Assembly (NCBI GenBank): GCA_023133225.1
Contig: JAGLWV010000078.1
Span: 1-40,770, forward strand
Direction: 5' to 3'
DNA from: Candidatus Aminicenantes bacterium
GTDB taxonomy: Bacteria > Acidobacteriota > Aminicenantia > Aminicenantales > Aminicenantaceae
DNA length: 40,770 nucleotides
Within the stretch, counting starts at the first letter, position 1. Each line of letters begins with the position of its first letter. Under the pieces are notes generated by a model. The model searched no databases. It was given only the letters and a program-made list of their open reading frames with translations, and was not told where the DNA came from. A program made the translations under genes and the position numbers. Positions 31,950-40,770 of this stretch are shown here, in pieces.

Positions 31950-34727
31950 ATGGCAGACAGTGAGAAGATAAAAGAAACTTTAAACCTTCCTCAAACATCC
32001 TTTTCCATGAAGGCAAAGCTAGCGCAGAAAGAACCAGAAATCATTAAGAAATGGGAGGAAATAAAACTCTACAGGAAAATTCAGAAGAGGAGAGAGGGGA
32101 GTCCCTCGTTTATTCTGCATGATGGTCCTCCTTATGCAAACGGGGGCATTCATCTGGGGACCGCACTGAACAAGATATTAAAGGATTTTATCGTCAAGAC
32201 CAAAAATATGCAGGGCTTCAGCTCTCCCTATCTTCCTGGCTGGGATTGCCATGGCCTTCCGATTGAAATCAAAGTCGACCAGCTCCTGGGAAAGAAGAAA
32301 AGAGAGCTTTCAATCATAGAAATTAGAGAAGAATGCAAAAAATATGCACTCAAATACGTCGATATTCAGAAAAATCAGTTCAAGAGGTTAGGAGTTTTTG
32401 GAGAGTGGGAGAAACCTTATTTAACAATGGATCCCGAGTATGAAGGAAATGTCGTTCGTTATCTTGCAGCTTTTTTTGCTTCAGGGAATGTTTACAAGGG
32501 AAAAAGACCTGTTCATTGGTGCCCCCATTGCCAGACAGCCCTTGCCGAGGCTGAAATTGAGTATAAAGACCGCAGGTCTCCCTCCATCTATGTAAAATTT
32601 CCCATGATTTCAGACCTTTCCCAAAGATTTCCCGAGTTAAAGGAGAAGAAAGTCTCTGTCCTGATATGGACCACAACCCCCTGGACTTTGCCAGCCAACC
32701 TGGCTATAGCTTTCCACCCGGATTACGAATACGCGGCTTTCCAGTCCGATGGAGAAGTTTTCATTGCGGCCAAACGTTTGGTTCCTGTCCTCACTGAAGA
32801 ATTAGCGTTAGAAAAGACCAAGGTCCTTATCACTTTTCGCGGCGAAGATGTAGAGGGTATGAAGGCCCGTCACCCTTTTATCGACAGGGAGTCTGTTTTT
32901 GTCCTGGCCGATTATGTGACCCTTGACCAGGGAACGGGCTGCGTTCATACAGCACCTGGCCATGGTTATGAGGATTATTTGACAGGATTAGCCTACGGCC
33001 TTGATATCTATACTCCTGTGGACAGTGAAGGAAAATTTATTCCTCAAGTTGAAAAATATAAAGAGATGAATGTCTTTGAATCCAATAAGATCATTACAGA
33101 AGATATGAAGAAAGACGGAAGCCTTTTGAGAGAAGATGAAATTGTTCATTCCTATCCCCATTGCTGGCGCTGCAAGAATCCTGTGATTTTCCGGGCCACG
33201 GCTCAGTGGTTTATCTCCATGGAAAAAAATGATTTGAGAGAAAAAGCACTTAAGGAAGTAAAGAAGATTCGCTGGGTTCCATCCTGGGGAGAAGAGAGAA
33301 TTACCAATATGGTGAGTACCCGACCTGACTGGTGCATTTCCCGCCAGCGCTCCTGGGGTGTGCCAATTCCGGCTTTGTACTGTAACGATTGTGGGTATGT
33401 TCTGGCAGATGAGGAAATAGCCCTCAGAGTTGCTGATGTTTTTTCAAAAGAAGGGTCTAACTCCTGGTTTATCAAGGAAACAAACGAATTCCTCCCACCA
33501 GGTTTAAAATGCCCCCAGTGCGGTTCAAAAAAATTTAGCAAGGAAAATAACATTCTGGATGTCTGGTTTGAATCCGGGGCAAGCCAAAATGTCCTTGGAA
33601 AACGAAGCGACCTCCCGTGGCCATCAGATGTATACGTAGAGGGTCATGACCAATATAGAGGTTGGTTCAACAGTTCTCTTTTTATAGGGGTTGGAGCCAA
33701 GAAAGGTTCCCCTTATAAAACTTGCATAACCCATGGTTTTGTCCTTGATGAGCAGGGGAGAGGCATGTCCAAATCCCTCGGAAATTTTATTGATCCAGAT
33801 GAAATTATTTCTCAAAATGGAGCCGAGGTCTTGAGGCTGTGGGTGGCGATGCTCAACTACAAAGAAGATGCTCGATTTGGAAAAGAGACCTTGCAGCGTC
33901 TCATTGAGGCCTACCGCAAAATTAGAAATACATGGAGATTCATCCTGGGGAACATTTATGATTTTTCTCCTGGTGAAGAAAGTGTCCGGCCCAAAGAAAT
34001 GGAACTTCTTGATAGATGGATTTTAGAAAAATATTCAGAAATTGGGAATAAAATCCTGAAAGCCTATGAGAATTTTGAGTATCATGTCGTCTTCCACACT
34101 CTATACAACTTTTTTACTGTGGGATTAAGCTCTATGTATTTGGATGTTCTCAAAGACAGGCTGTATTGTTCAGGTAAAAAATCTTTGCTTCGCAAATCAG
34201 CGCAGACGGCTCTCTTTCATCTCCTAAAATCTACACTTGTGTTGATGGCTCCGATTTTACCTTTCACAACGGAAGAAGCCTGGGAAATTATGCCTGCTTT
34301 TGGAGGAAAAGAAGAGTCTGTTCATTTAGAGCAATTCCCATCATTCCAGGAGAAATGGCTCGATGATAGCTTGTTTCAAGAGTGGGAGAATCTGGTGCTC
34401 GTCAGAGATAAAGTTTTAAAAGAACTTGAGGGAGCACGAGAAGAAGGACTTATCGGTAATTCTTTGGAGGCGAGTATAGTCCTCAAAGTTCCCTCTTCTC
34501 AAGAGGAATTTTTAAGAAAATACGAAACACAGCTTCCTTCGCTTTTCATCGTTTCTGCTGTGGAACTTCAATCACAGCCAGGTGAAGAATTTGAGGTGAA
34601 GGTCTCAAGAGCGCCCTGGGAGAAGTGCCAGCGCTGTTGGAATTTTTTGCCTTATGTGGGGAAGAGCTCTGAATATCCTCATTTCTGTAAGCGGTGCGAG
34701 GAAGCGGTTAAGAATACGAGTTTATGA
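31950..34727 (+). CDS. ileS: Isoleucine--tRNA ligase (type 1, with C-terminal zinc-binding Cys pairs)
   Basis: 925-aa ORF with a class I HIGH region (PPYANGGIHLGTALNK), KMSKS (GMSKSLGN), an editing-domain insertion, and C-terminal CQRCWNF...CKRCEEA. Confidence 0.95.
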   Translation: MADSEKIKETLNLPQTSFSMKAKLAQKEPEIIKKWEEIKLYRKIQKRREGSPSFILHDGPPYANGGIHLGTALNKILKDFIVKTKNMQGFSSPYLPGWDCHGLPIEIKVDQLLGKKKRELSIIEIREECKKYALKYVDIQKNQFKRLGVFGEWEKPYLTMDPEYEGNVVRYLAAFFASGNVYKGKRPVHWCPHCQTALAEAEIEYKDRRSPSIYVKFPMISDLSQRFPELKEKKVSVLIWTTTPWTLPANLAIAFHPDYEYAAFQSDGEVFIAAKRLVPVLTEELALEKTKVLITFRGEDVEGMKARHPFIDRESVFVLADYVTLDQGTGCVHTAPGHGYEDYLTGLAYGLDIYTPVDSEGKFIPQVEKYKEMNVFESNKIITEDMKKDGSLLREDEIVHSYPHCWRCKNPVIFRATAQWFISMEKNDLREKALKEVKKIRWVPSWGEERITNMVSTRPDWCISRQRSWGVPIPALYCNDCGYVLADEEIALRVADVFSKEGSNSWFIKETNEFLPPGLKCPQCGSKKFSKENNILDVWFESGASQNVLGKRSDLPWPSDVYVEGHDQYRGWFNSSLFIGVGAKKGSPYKTCITHGFVLDEQGRGMSKSLGNFIDPDEIISQNGAEVLRLWVAMLNYKEDARFGKETLQRLIEAYRKIRNTWRFILGNIYDFSPGEESVRPKEMELLDRWILEKYSEIGNKILKAYENFEYHVVFHTLYNFFTVGLSSMYLDVLKDRLYCSGKKSLLRKSAQTALFHLLKSTLVLMAPILPFTTEEAWEIMPAFGGKEESVHLEQFPSFQEKWLDDSLFQEWENLVLVRDKVLKELEGAREEGLIGNSLEASIVLKVPSSQEEFLRKYETQLPSLFIVSAVELQSQPGEEFEVKVSRAPWEKCQRCWNFLPYVGKSSEYPHFCKRCEEAVKNTSL

Positions 34728-35218
34728 AACACAGATCATTTTATTTTTTACTGATTCTCGTTCTGCTGATTGTTGACCAGATCACCAAAGCAATCGTCTT
34801 TCAGAAGATAGCCTTTTTGAGCAGTCAAAGCATCATTCCAGGTTTTTTCAATCTTACTCATATTCATAACCGTGGGGCAATTTTTGGCTTTTTTTCCCAG
34901 TCTGATAGCCAACTTTTGCATATCGTGCTTATGCTGGCTACGCTGGTCGCTTTAGCTTTAGTTGTATATTATTTTTTCATGACACCGCCTGCTGAAAAAC
35001 TTACCAAAATTTCACTTTCTCTCATCCTTGCAGGGGCTCTGGGGAATCTGATAGATAGAGTCTTCAGAGGATACGTGATTGATTTCCTGGATCTCTACAT
35101 TAAAAAATGGCACTGGCCTTCCTTTAATGTGGCGGATTCCTGCGTGACGATAGGTGCGTTTCTGCTTGTTTTTATTGTTTTTTTTAAAAGGAGAAGGATA
35201 TGTACCCCATCCTCATAA
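34724..35218 (+). CDS. lspA: Lipoprotein signal peptidase (signal peptidase II)
   Basis: 164-aa ORF with 4 TM helices and the motifs NRGAIFG and FNVADS. It overlaps the ileS stop by 4 nt. Confidence 0.9.
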   Translation: MKHRSFYFLLILVLLIVDQITKAIVFQKIAFLSSQSIIPGFFNLTHIHNRGAIFGFFSQSDSQLLHIVLMLATLVALALVVYYFFMTPPAEKLTKISLSLILAGALGNLIDRVFRGYVIDFLDLYIKKWHWPSFNVADSCVTIGAFLLVFIVFFKRRRICTPSS

Positions 35219-35997
35219 AAATAGGTCCTGTCACTATACACACCTACGGTTTTATGATGGCTCTTGGCGTGGCTTTTGCACTCTGGTTTCTTTTCGTTCA
35301 AGCTAAAAAGTATGGTTTTGAAGCTTCAAAGATGATTGATATGGCCTTTTACACTATAATTGTCTCTCTACTTGGAGCCAAGTTCGTTCTTTTTATCGGA
35401 AATTTTTCCTATTATACCCGAAACCTGGGAGAGCTATTTAGCCTGGCGCGTACAGGCGGTGTTTTCCAGGGTGGATTGGTATTCGGGATTCTCTTTGCCC
35501 TGTGGTATTTCCGCAAACACCGAATTCCTACCTGGAAAGCTGCCGATATCATCGGCCCTGCTTTAGCTCTGGGGCATGCTTTCGGACGTATAGGATGTTT
35601 CATGGCGGGATGCTGTTTCGGCCGGCAGTGTTCCTTGCCCTGGGCCGTGACTTTTCAGAACGAATATGCCAGTAACCTTACAGGCATTTCTCTTCATACT
35701 CCTCTTCATCCGACTCAGCTCTATGAATCAGCGTTGAATTTTTTGAACTTCCTGGTTCTCTTTTTCATCTTGAAGAAAAAGAAATTCGACGGTCAGGTTT
35801 TTGCTTTTTACATCATGAATTATTCTATAATCCGCTACTTTGTTGAATTTTACCGTGGAGATCATTCCCTTAAGCATTATCTCATCCACAATGCTTCTCC
35901 CTATCTCAGCCTTTCCTTCCCTCAGCTTTTCTGTATTGTAGGCCTAATCGCTGGAATCAGTCTGTTTCTCATTTTGAGAAAAAGAAAAAGTGCCTAA
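35200..35997 (+). CDS. lgt: Prolipoprotein diacylglyceryl transferase
   Basis: 265-aa ORF with HTYGFMMALG near the N-terminus and GRIGCFMAGCCFG. AGGAGAAGGA lies upstream of the ATG. It overlaps lspA by 19 nt. Confidence 0.9.
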   Translation: MYPILIKIGPVTIHTYGFMMALGVAFALWFLFVQAKKYGFEASKMIDMAFYTIIVSLLGAKFVLFIGNFSYYTRNLGELFSLARTGGVFQGGLVFGILFALWYFRKHRIPTWKAADIIGPALALGHAFGRIGCFMAGCCFGRQCSLPWAVTFQNEYASNLTGISLHTPLHPTQLYESALNFLNFLVLFFILKKKKFDGQVFAFYIMNYSIIRYFVEFYRGDHSLKHYLIHNASPYLSLSFPQLFCIVGLIAGISLFLILRKRKSA

Positions 35998-36901
35998 AAA
36001 AATCTTTCTTATCACTTGCTCATCTGGGGTGAATCAGAGGTTGGATGTCTTCTTATCCGGAAGGATAAAAGAATTGACGCGCTCACAGGTTCAAAAAATC
36101 GTTACGGAAAAAAAGGTTAAGATTAGCGGGACAGTCAAAAAATCCAGCTTTTTGTTGAGAGAAGGGGACAGGGTGGAAATAGAGTATGAACTCCCAACGC
36201 CTGAAAAGATTCAAGCGGAGAACATCCCTTTTGAGATCCATTACTGCGATGATCATATAGTCATTATCGAAAAGCTCTCAGGAATGGTTGTTCATCCCGG
36301 AGCAGGAAACAGGAAGCATACTCTCATCAATGCTTTGCTGTATCGATTTCCGGAATTGCGAGAGGTTGGCCAGGAGGATAGACCAGGGATTGTCCATCGT
36401 TTGGATAAGGAAACTTCCGGATTGATGGTTGTGGCCAGAACGACAAAATCCTTAACCGAGCTCCAGCAGCTTTTCAGGAAGAGGGAGGTCGAAAAGCTCT
36501 ACCAGGGCCTTGTCTGGGGTAGGATGCCTGAGAGGAAAGGGAAAATCAACTGGCCCATTGGACGCCATGCAAAGCATGGAGAAAGGATTTCTATAAAGAC
36601 GAAAAAACCGAGAGAGGCCGAGACCCGGTACTCTGTCCAGAAGGAATATGAAGAATTTACTCTCCTTCATATAAAACCATTAACTGGGAGGACTCATCAG
36701 ATAAGAGTCCACCTGGCTGCTTCCGGCCATCCTTTAGTAGGGGATAAACGATATGGGCGTCTAAAATCAAGGAAACAATGTCCCCGTCTTTTCCTTCACG
36801 CTTCCTCCCTTTCCTTTATCCATCCTGAATCAAAGGAGAGGGTTGAGTTTTCCTCTCCCTTACCGAAAGATTTAAAAATTTTTTTAGATAAGATAAAATA
36901 A
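35990..36901 (+). CDS. rluD: RluA-family 23S rRNA pseudouridine synthase (RluD-like, with an S4 domain)
   Basis: 303-aa ORF with an N-terminal S4-like RNA-binding region (QRLDVFLSGRIKELTRSQVQKIV) and the catalytic motif HRLDKETSGLMVVA. It has a GTG start that overlaps lgt by 8 nt. Confidence 0.8.
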   Translation: MPKKIFLITCSSGVNQRLDVFLSGRIKELTRSQVQKIVTEKKVKISGTVKKSSFLLREGDRVEIEYELPTPEKIQAENIPFEIHYCDDHIVIIEKLSGMVVHPGAGNRKHTLINALLYRFPELREVGQEDRPGIVHRLDKETSGLMVVARTTKSLTELQQLFRKREVEKLYQGLVWGRMPERKGKINWPIGRHAKHGERISIKTKKPREAETRYSVQKEYEEFTLLHIKPLTGRTHQIRVHLAASGHPLVGDKRYGRLKSRKQCPRLFLHASSLSFIHPESKERVEFSSPLPKDLKIFLDKIK

Positions 36902-36992
36902 AAAGGGGCCGCTCCCTCCAAATGTCGTCCTTCGTAAATTCGTATTCATAGGGTGGGACTGTGGGGAATGTCCCTCGCTCTTAAATTTTATC

Positions 36993-37022
36993 TTGAGCAG
37001 TAGGGAATTTTTGTTGTATTAT
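36993..37022 (+). promoter_or_regulatory. Candidate promoter of the EF-G-like gene
   Basis: TTGAGC (36993-36998), an 18-nt spacer, then TATTAT (37017-37022). Confidence 0.3.
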
Positions 37023-37119
37023 ATCTGTTGCCGTTTTTCTTAGGTCATAGACCTGGATAATTGATAGAAATCCGTATACGTAATAAATATAGATCTATCA
37101 TTTCTTGGGAGGCTTCAAG

Positions 37120-39207
37120 ATGAAAGATTATGCCGTTGATAAAATCAGGAATATCGCGATTATAGGGCACGGGTCTACAGGGAAAACTTCTCTGGCTTCT
37201 GCTTTTTTATTCAATGGGAGAGCAACGTCCAGGTTAACAAAAGTCGAGAAAGGCAATACGGTCACTGATTATGACCCCGAGGAAATCGAAAGGAACATTT
37301 CCATCAATTCCGCCCTCTGTTTTTTAGAGTGGAACGATCACAAGATAAACATCGTTGATTGTCCAGGGTATATGAATTTTCTCTGGGATACAAGAGCAAG
37401 CTTAAGGGCTGTAGATGCCGGAGCGATCATGGTTTGTGGTGCGACTGGAGTTGAAGTGGGGACAGAAAAAATATGGGAAATGCTCGAAGAGTTTGCCCTC
37501 CCCCGGATCATTATTATCAATAAACTGGACCGGGAAAATTCCGACTATACGCGAACTGTAGAATCCATCCATCAATTTTTCGGACGCCAGGCTATTCCGG
37601 TTCAACTTCCTATAGGAAAAGAAGAAAATTTTACCGGAGTTGTAGATCTGGTAACCAAAAAAGCATATATTTTTGAACGAAATGAGAGTGGGAAATTCAA
37701 GGAAGAAGAAATCCCTGCAGAACTGAAAGATGAAGCCAACAAAAAGTTTGAAGAACTGGCAGAGATGGTTGCTGAAAACGATGAGCAGTTGATGGAAAAA
37801 TATTTCGAAAAAGGAGAACTATCTCCTGAAGAGCTTACTGAAGGTCTCAGGAAAAGCATTTTCAATCGGCAGTTGTATCCCATCTTCATCACCTCGGCTA
37901 TTTTAAACATCGGAACGCAATCCATCCTCGATGGAGTCGTAAATTTTTTGCCATCCCCTCAGGAAAGAAAAGAAGCAGAAGGAAAGGAAGGAATCGTTAA
38001 GCTATCTCTTGATGAGCCTTTCTCTGCTCTGGTTTTCAAAACGATTTCTGATCCCTATACGGGGAGGATCTCCTTGATGAGAGTATTCTCCGGCAGAGTG
38101 AACCCGGATGCAACTGTTACTAATTCCAGAAATGGTGCGAGTGAAAAACTCGCAGGTCTATTCTTTCTCCAGGGAAAGGAGCAGATACCCGCAGGTCAGG
38201 CCAAAGCCGGAGACCTTGTAGCTACCGCTAAATTGAAAGAAACCTCTACTGGAGATACCCTGTGTGCCAAAGGGGCGTCTGTTGAATTTCCTGATATCAC
38301 ATTTCCCGAACCTTCTATTTCCTTTGCTATAGAACCGAAGACTCGTGCGGATGAGGATAGAATTTCTCAGGCTGTTCATCGGATTACTGAAGAAGATCCC
38401 ACCGTTAGAATAGAAAGGGATCCTGAGACCAATGAATTGATTATCTCCGGCAACGGACAACTCCATGTGGAGATTATTGTCGACCGGTTAAAGAAAAGAT
38501 ATGGTGTAGATGTAGGGCTCAAACCTCCTAAAATCCCTTATAAAGAAACGATCAAAGGGAAGTCAGATGTTCAGGGTAAATACAAGAAACAAACAGGAGG
38601 GCGAGGACAGTATGGGGATGTCAAGATAAAGATGGAACCTCTTCCCAAAGGAAAGGATTTTGAATTTGTGGATAAAATATTTGGAGGATCTGTTCCGAGA
38701 AATTATATCCCTTCGATTGAAAAAGGAATTCAGGAAGCCCGGAAAAAAGGTGTAGTAGCCGGCCATCAGACCGTTGATTTTAGGGTCACACTCTATGATG
38801 GCTCTTATCATGATGTCGACTCTTCTGATATAGCCTTCAAGATTGCCGCCTCGATGGCATTCAAAAAAGGGATGAAGGAGGCAAGGCCTACCCTGCTCGA
38901 ACCGATCATGAATGTTGAGGTATATTCACCTGAAGCAAATATGGGAGATATCATGGGAAACCTTAACGGGCGGAGAGGAAAAGTTCAAGGAATGGAGCAA
39001 AAGGGAAATTTACGCATCGTAAAAGCACAGGTGCCCATGGCTGAAATGCTGGATTTTGAACCTACTCTCACCTCAATTACCGGAGGCAGGGGATCCTTCA
39101 TCATGGAATTCTCACATTACGAGGAAATTCCGCACCAACTCCAGCAGAAAATCATCAATGAGGCAATAAAAGAGGGCCGGATAAAGCCAGAAGAAGAAGA
39201 AAAATAA
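37120..39207 (+). CDS. Elongation factor G paralog (EF-G2-like translational GTPase)
   Basis: The five-domain EF-G layout is visible. Its G1 motif is GHGSTGKTS, G3 is DCPGY and G4 is NKLD. The ATG at 37120 is preferred over the TTG at 37105 because GGGAGG is then 7 nt upstream. It is not embedded in an rpsL-rpsG-fusA-tuf context. Confidence 0.9.
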   Translation: MKDYAVDKIRNIAIIGHGSTGKTSLASAFLFNGRATSRLTKVEKGNTVTDYDPEEIERNISINSALCFLEWNDHKINIVDCPGYMNFLWDTRASLRAVDAGAIMVCGATGVEVGTEKIWEMLEEFALPRIIIINKLDRENSDYTRTVESIHQFFGRQAIPVQLPIGKEENFTGVVDLVTKKAYIFERNESGKFKEEEIPAELKDEANKKFEELAEMVAENDEQLMEKYFEKGELSPEELTEGLRKSIFNRQLYPIFITSAILNIGTQSILDGVVNFLPSPQERKEAEGKEGIVKLSLDEPFSALVFKTISDPYTGRISLMRVFSGRVNPDATVTNSRNGASEKLAGLFFLQGKEQIPAGQAKAGDLVATAKLKETSTGDTLCAKGASVEFPDITFPEPSISFAIEPKTRADEDRISQAVHRITEEDPTVRIERDPETNELIISGNGQLHVEIIVDRLKKRYGVDVGLKPPKIPYKETIKGKSDVQGKYKKQTGGRGQYGDVKIKMEPLPKGKDFEFVDKIFGGSVPRNYIPSIEKGIQEARKKGVVAGHQTVDFRVTLYDGSYHDVDSSDIAFKIAASMAFKKGMKEARPTLLEPIMNVEVYSPEANMGDIMGNLNGRRGKVQGMEQKGNLRIVKAQVPMAEMLDFEPTLTSITGGRGSFIMEFSHYEEIPHQLQQKIINEAIKEGRIKPEEEEK

Positions 39208-39306
39208 AGAGAAGAAACAGAGCTTTGAAATTCATTTCAAATCGATTCCACTTATTTTATGCTCTAACACACTGATAATAATATTTTTAAATGGAGTGAT
39301 AAAAGA

Positions 39307-40536
39307 ATGAAAATAAAAAAAATAGCAGCCATCTCAATTTTGCTTTTTACTTTTTCTATGCTTTTTGGGCAGGAGGAAGAGAACAAAATTTTGATTCTCA
39401 AAATCGGGAACAAAAGGTTCAAAGATAAGGTAATGGATGTATCCTCAGGAAAAGTCTATTCAGCAAAAGAGGGTAAGTTAATCCCCTTTCAAAAAATGAT
39501 CAAAGAGATGAAGGATAGCGATTTCATTTATGTCGGAGAAACTCACACAAGCCTGTCCATGCATGAAGTGCAGTTCAAGATCATTCAGGCCCTGTACGAG
39601 CAAGATAGAAATGTATTTGTTGGCTTAGAAATGTTTCCTATCAGTTTCCAGGACGTTTTGAATAAATGGAGTATGGCCATTCTTTCCCGGGAAAAGTTTA
39701 TTCAGGAATCTCAGTGGTATGTCAACTGGAATTACCATTTTGGTTTTTATGAGAAAATATTTGAATTTGTAAAAGATCATAAAATCCCTCTCTCTGCATT
39801 AAATGTTCCTAGAGAAATTATCACCAAAATCAGAAAAAAAGGCTGGGATGCTCTTTCAGAAGAGGAGAAAAAACTTATTCCGCAACCTGATCTCTCTCAT
39901 GAAGAACACAGGGCCTTTATTCGTACGATTTTTAAAAGCGCAGGACACCCTCCACAGATGAAGGGAAAAGGCATGGATATGGCATTCGAGGGACTTTACC
40001 GGGCTCAGTCAGCATGGGACGAGGTCATGGCATTCTATGCTCTTCAATCTCGAAAGAGAGAAGATAAAAAAGTTATAGTTCTGGCTGGCTCTGGCCATCT
40101 CCTATATAATCTGGGGATAAACCTCCGGGTTTACGAAAAAAGTCATCTGCCTTATAAGACAGTCATATGTGTTGTTATCCCAGACGGGAAAGAGAGTGTG
40201 CAGGTTTCAAGGAGTCTTGCCGATTATGTCTGGGGTATAGCAGAGGAAAAGATACCTGCCTTTCCACATATAGGATTACAATTTAAAAAATTCGACAGAC
40301 TGGACAATCTGGTTATCGAACGTATGCCTATAATCGGAGTGGCTACGAGTGCAAATTTCAAGAAGGGTGATGTTTTACTTTCAGTGGATGGAAAAAATTT
40401 TTCCGATATAAATGAGCTTAGAATTTATCTATCCCGATTCAACTGGAACGATGAAGTGAAATTTTGTCTTCTACGAGATGCCCAAGAAATAGAAGTACTT
40501 TTGAAATTCCAGCCCCCGGAGAGAGATGGGAGCTAA
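39307..40536 (+). CDS. ChaN/Tiki-superfamily (haem-binding-uptake-like, DUF399) protein fused to a C-terminal PDZ domain, secreted
   Basis: 409-aa ORF with a signal peptide MKIKKIAAISILLFTFSMLFG. It has YVGETHTS (the GETH motif of ChaN/Tiki/erythromycin-esterase-like proteins) and a later GSGHL block. The C-terminal roughly 80 aa are PDZ-like (GLQF...GDVLLSVDGKNFSDINELRIYL). Confidence 0.7.
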   Translation: MKIKKIAAISILLFTFSMLFGQEEENKILILKIGNKRFKDKVMDVSSGKVYSAKEGKLIPFQKMIKEMKDSDFIYVGETHTSLSMHEVQFKIIQALYEQDRNVFVGLEMFPISFQDVLNKWSMAILSREKFIQESQWYVNWNYHFGFYEKIFEFVKDHKIPLSALNVPREIITKIRKKGWDALSEEEKKLIPQPDLSHEEHRAFIRTIFKSAGHPPQMKGKGMDMAFEGLYRAQSAWDEVMAFYALQSRKREDKKVIVLAGSGHLLYNLGINLRVYEKSHLPYKTVICVVIPDGKESVQVSRSLADYVWGIAEEKIPAFPHIGLQFKKFDRLDNLVIERMPIIGVATSANFKKGDVLLSVDGKNFSDINELRIYLSRFNWNDEVKFCLLRDAQEIEVLLKFQPPERDGS

Positions 40537-40770
40537 GAATTCATAAATGGCCTGCAGTCTTTTTACCAGAGAACGCCGTAAAGCCCCTTGTTTTAGCAAT
40601 GGGGATATAAGGCGCTTGCCGTAGAGCAGCAGCAGTTAGAAGTTGTATTATTTAGCAAAATGGTATGTAATGAAAACATGGAATTCAGATCAAACAGTAC
40701 ATAGAGAGCCAGAAGACATCTCAAAGGCAATGAGAATCTCAAAGAGCTTCAAATATCAACTTCGATTGAC

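Noticed and set aside
36899-36985. Weak hairpins after rluD (GGG-gccgct-CCC and GGGAC-N10-GTCCC) considered as the operon terminator.
   Set aside because: The stems are only 3-5 bp and no T-tract follows. This is not enough to call a terminator.
40574-40770. A nested hairpin CGCC-N6-CCCC-N13-GGGG-N6-GGCG (40574-40614), and a 33-codon ORF starting at the ATG at 40670 that runs off the window end.
   Set aside because: The hairpin has short stems and no U-tract. The ORF has no Shine-Dalgarno and is too short to recognise.
1-40770. A scan by eye for CRISPR repeats, rRNA or tRNA genes, transposase, integrase or phage genes, toxin-antitoxin pairs and known defence-system hallmarks.
   Set aside because: None was found. 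The only RHH protein (7358..7549) has no adjacent toxin-like ORF. No regularly spaced direct repeats occur beyond the short heptamer arrays.

Overview
This 40.8 kb window looks like chromosomal DNA from an uncultured diderm-type bacterium. It is moderately AT-rich and many genes have strong AAGGAGG-type Shine-Dalgarno sites. I support about 32 protein-coding genes, most of them metabolic or housekeeping. I found no rRNA, tRNA, CRISPR array, transposase, integrase or recognisable defence gene. Gene content, left to right: (1) a minus-strand operon of a secreted M1 zinc peptidase, a polytopic membrane protein and a lipoprotein. (2) A nitroreductase and an MFS transporter. (3) A minus-strand cluster of three tandem alkaline-phosphatase-superfamily phosphodiesterase paralogs with three different predicted localisations, followed by a ribbon-helix-helix protein and a membrane protein. 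(4) A protein disulfide oxidoreductase plus a fused ADP-forming acetyl-CoA synthetase. (5) A second nitroreductase. (6) A visibly more GC-rich block holding a Tat-exported Fe-S aldo/keto reductase, a DUF5009-like acyltransferase and a MacAB/LolCDE-like ABC efflux system. (7) An opine-dehydrogenase, tldD and pmbA operon. (8) nadC-nadB. (9) ileS-lspA-lgt-rluD. (10) An orphan EF-G2-like GTPase. (11) A ChaN-PDZ protein. The four observations most worth follow-up: (a) 45-bp imperfect direct repeats, one of which is the 3' end of pmbA, bracket the 7.5 kb GC-rich block in an att-like way. (b) A roughly 250-bp intergenic element is bounded by a perfect 18-bp inverted repeat. (c) Palindromic terminator-like hairpins sit at the junction of two phosphodiesterase paralogs, inside an annotated N-terminus. 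(d) The phosphodiesterase triplet itself. All functional calls come from motif recognition by eye. No database search was run.
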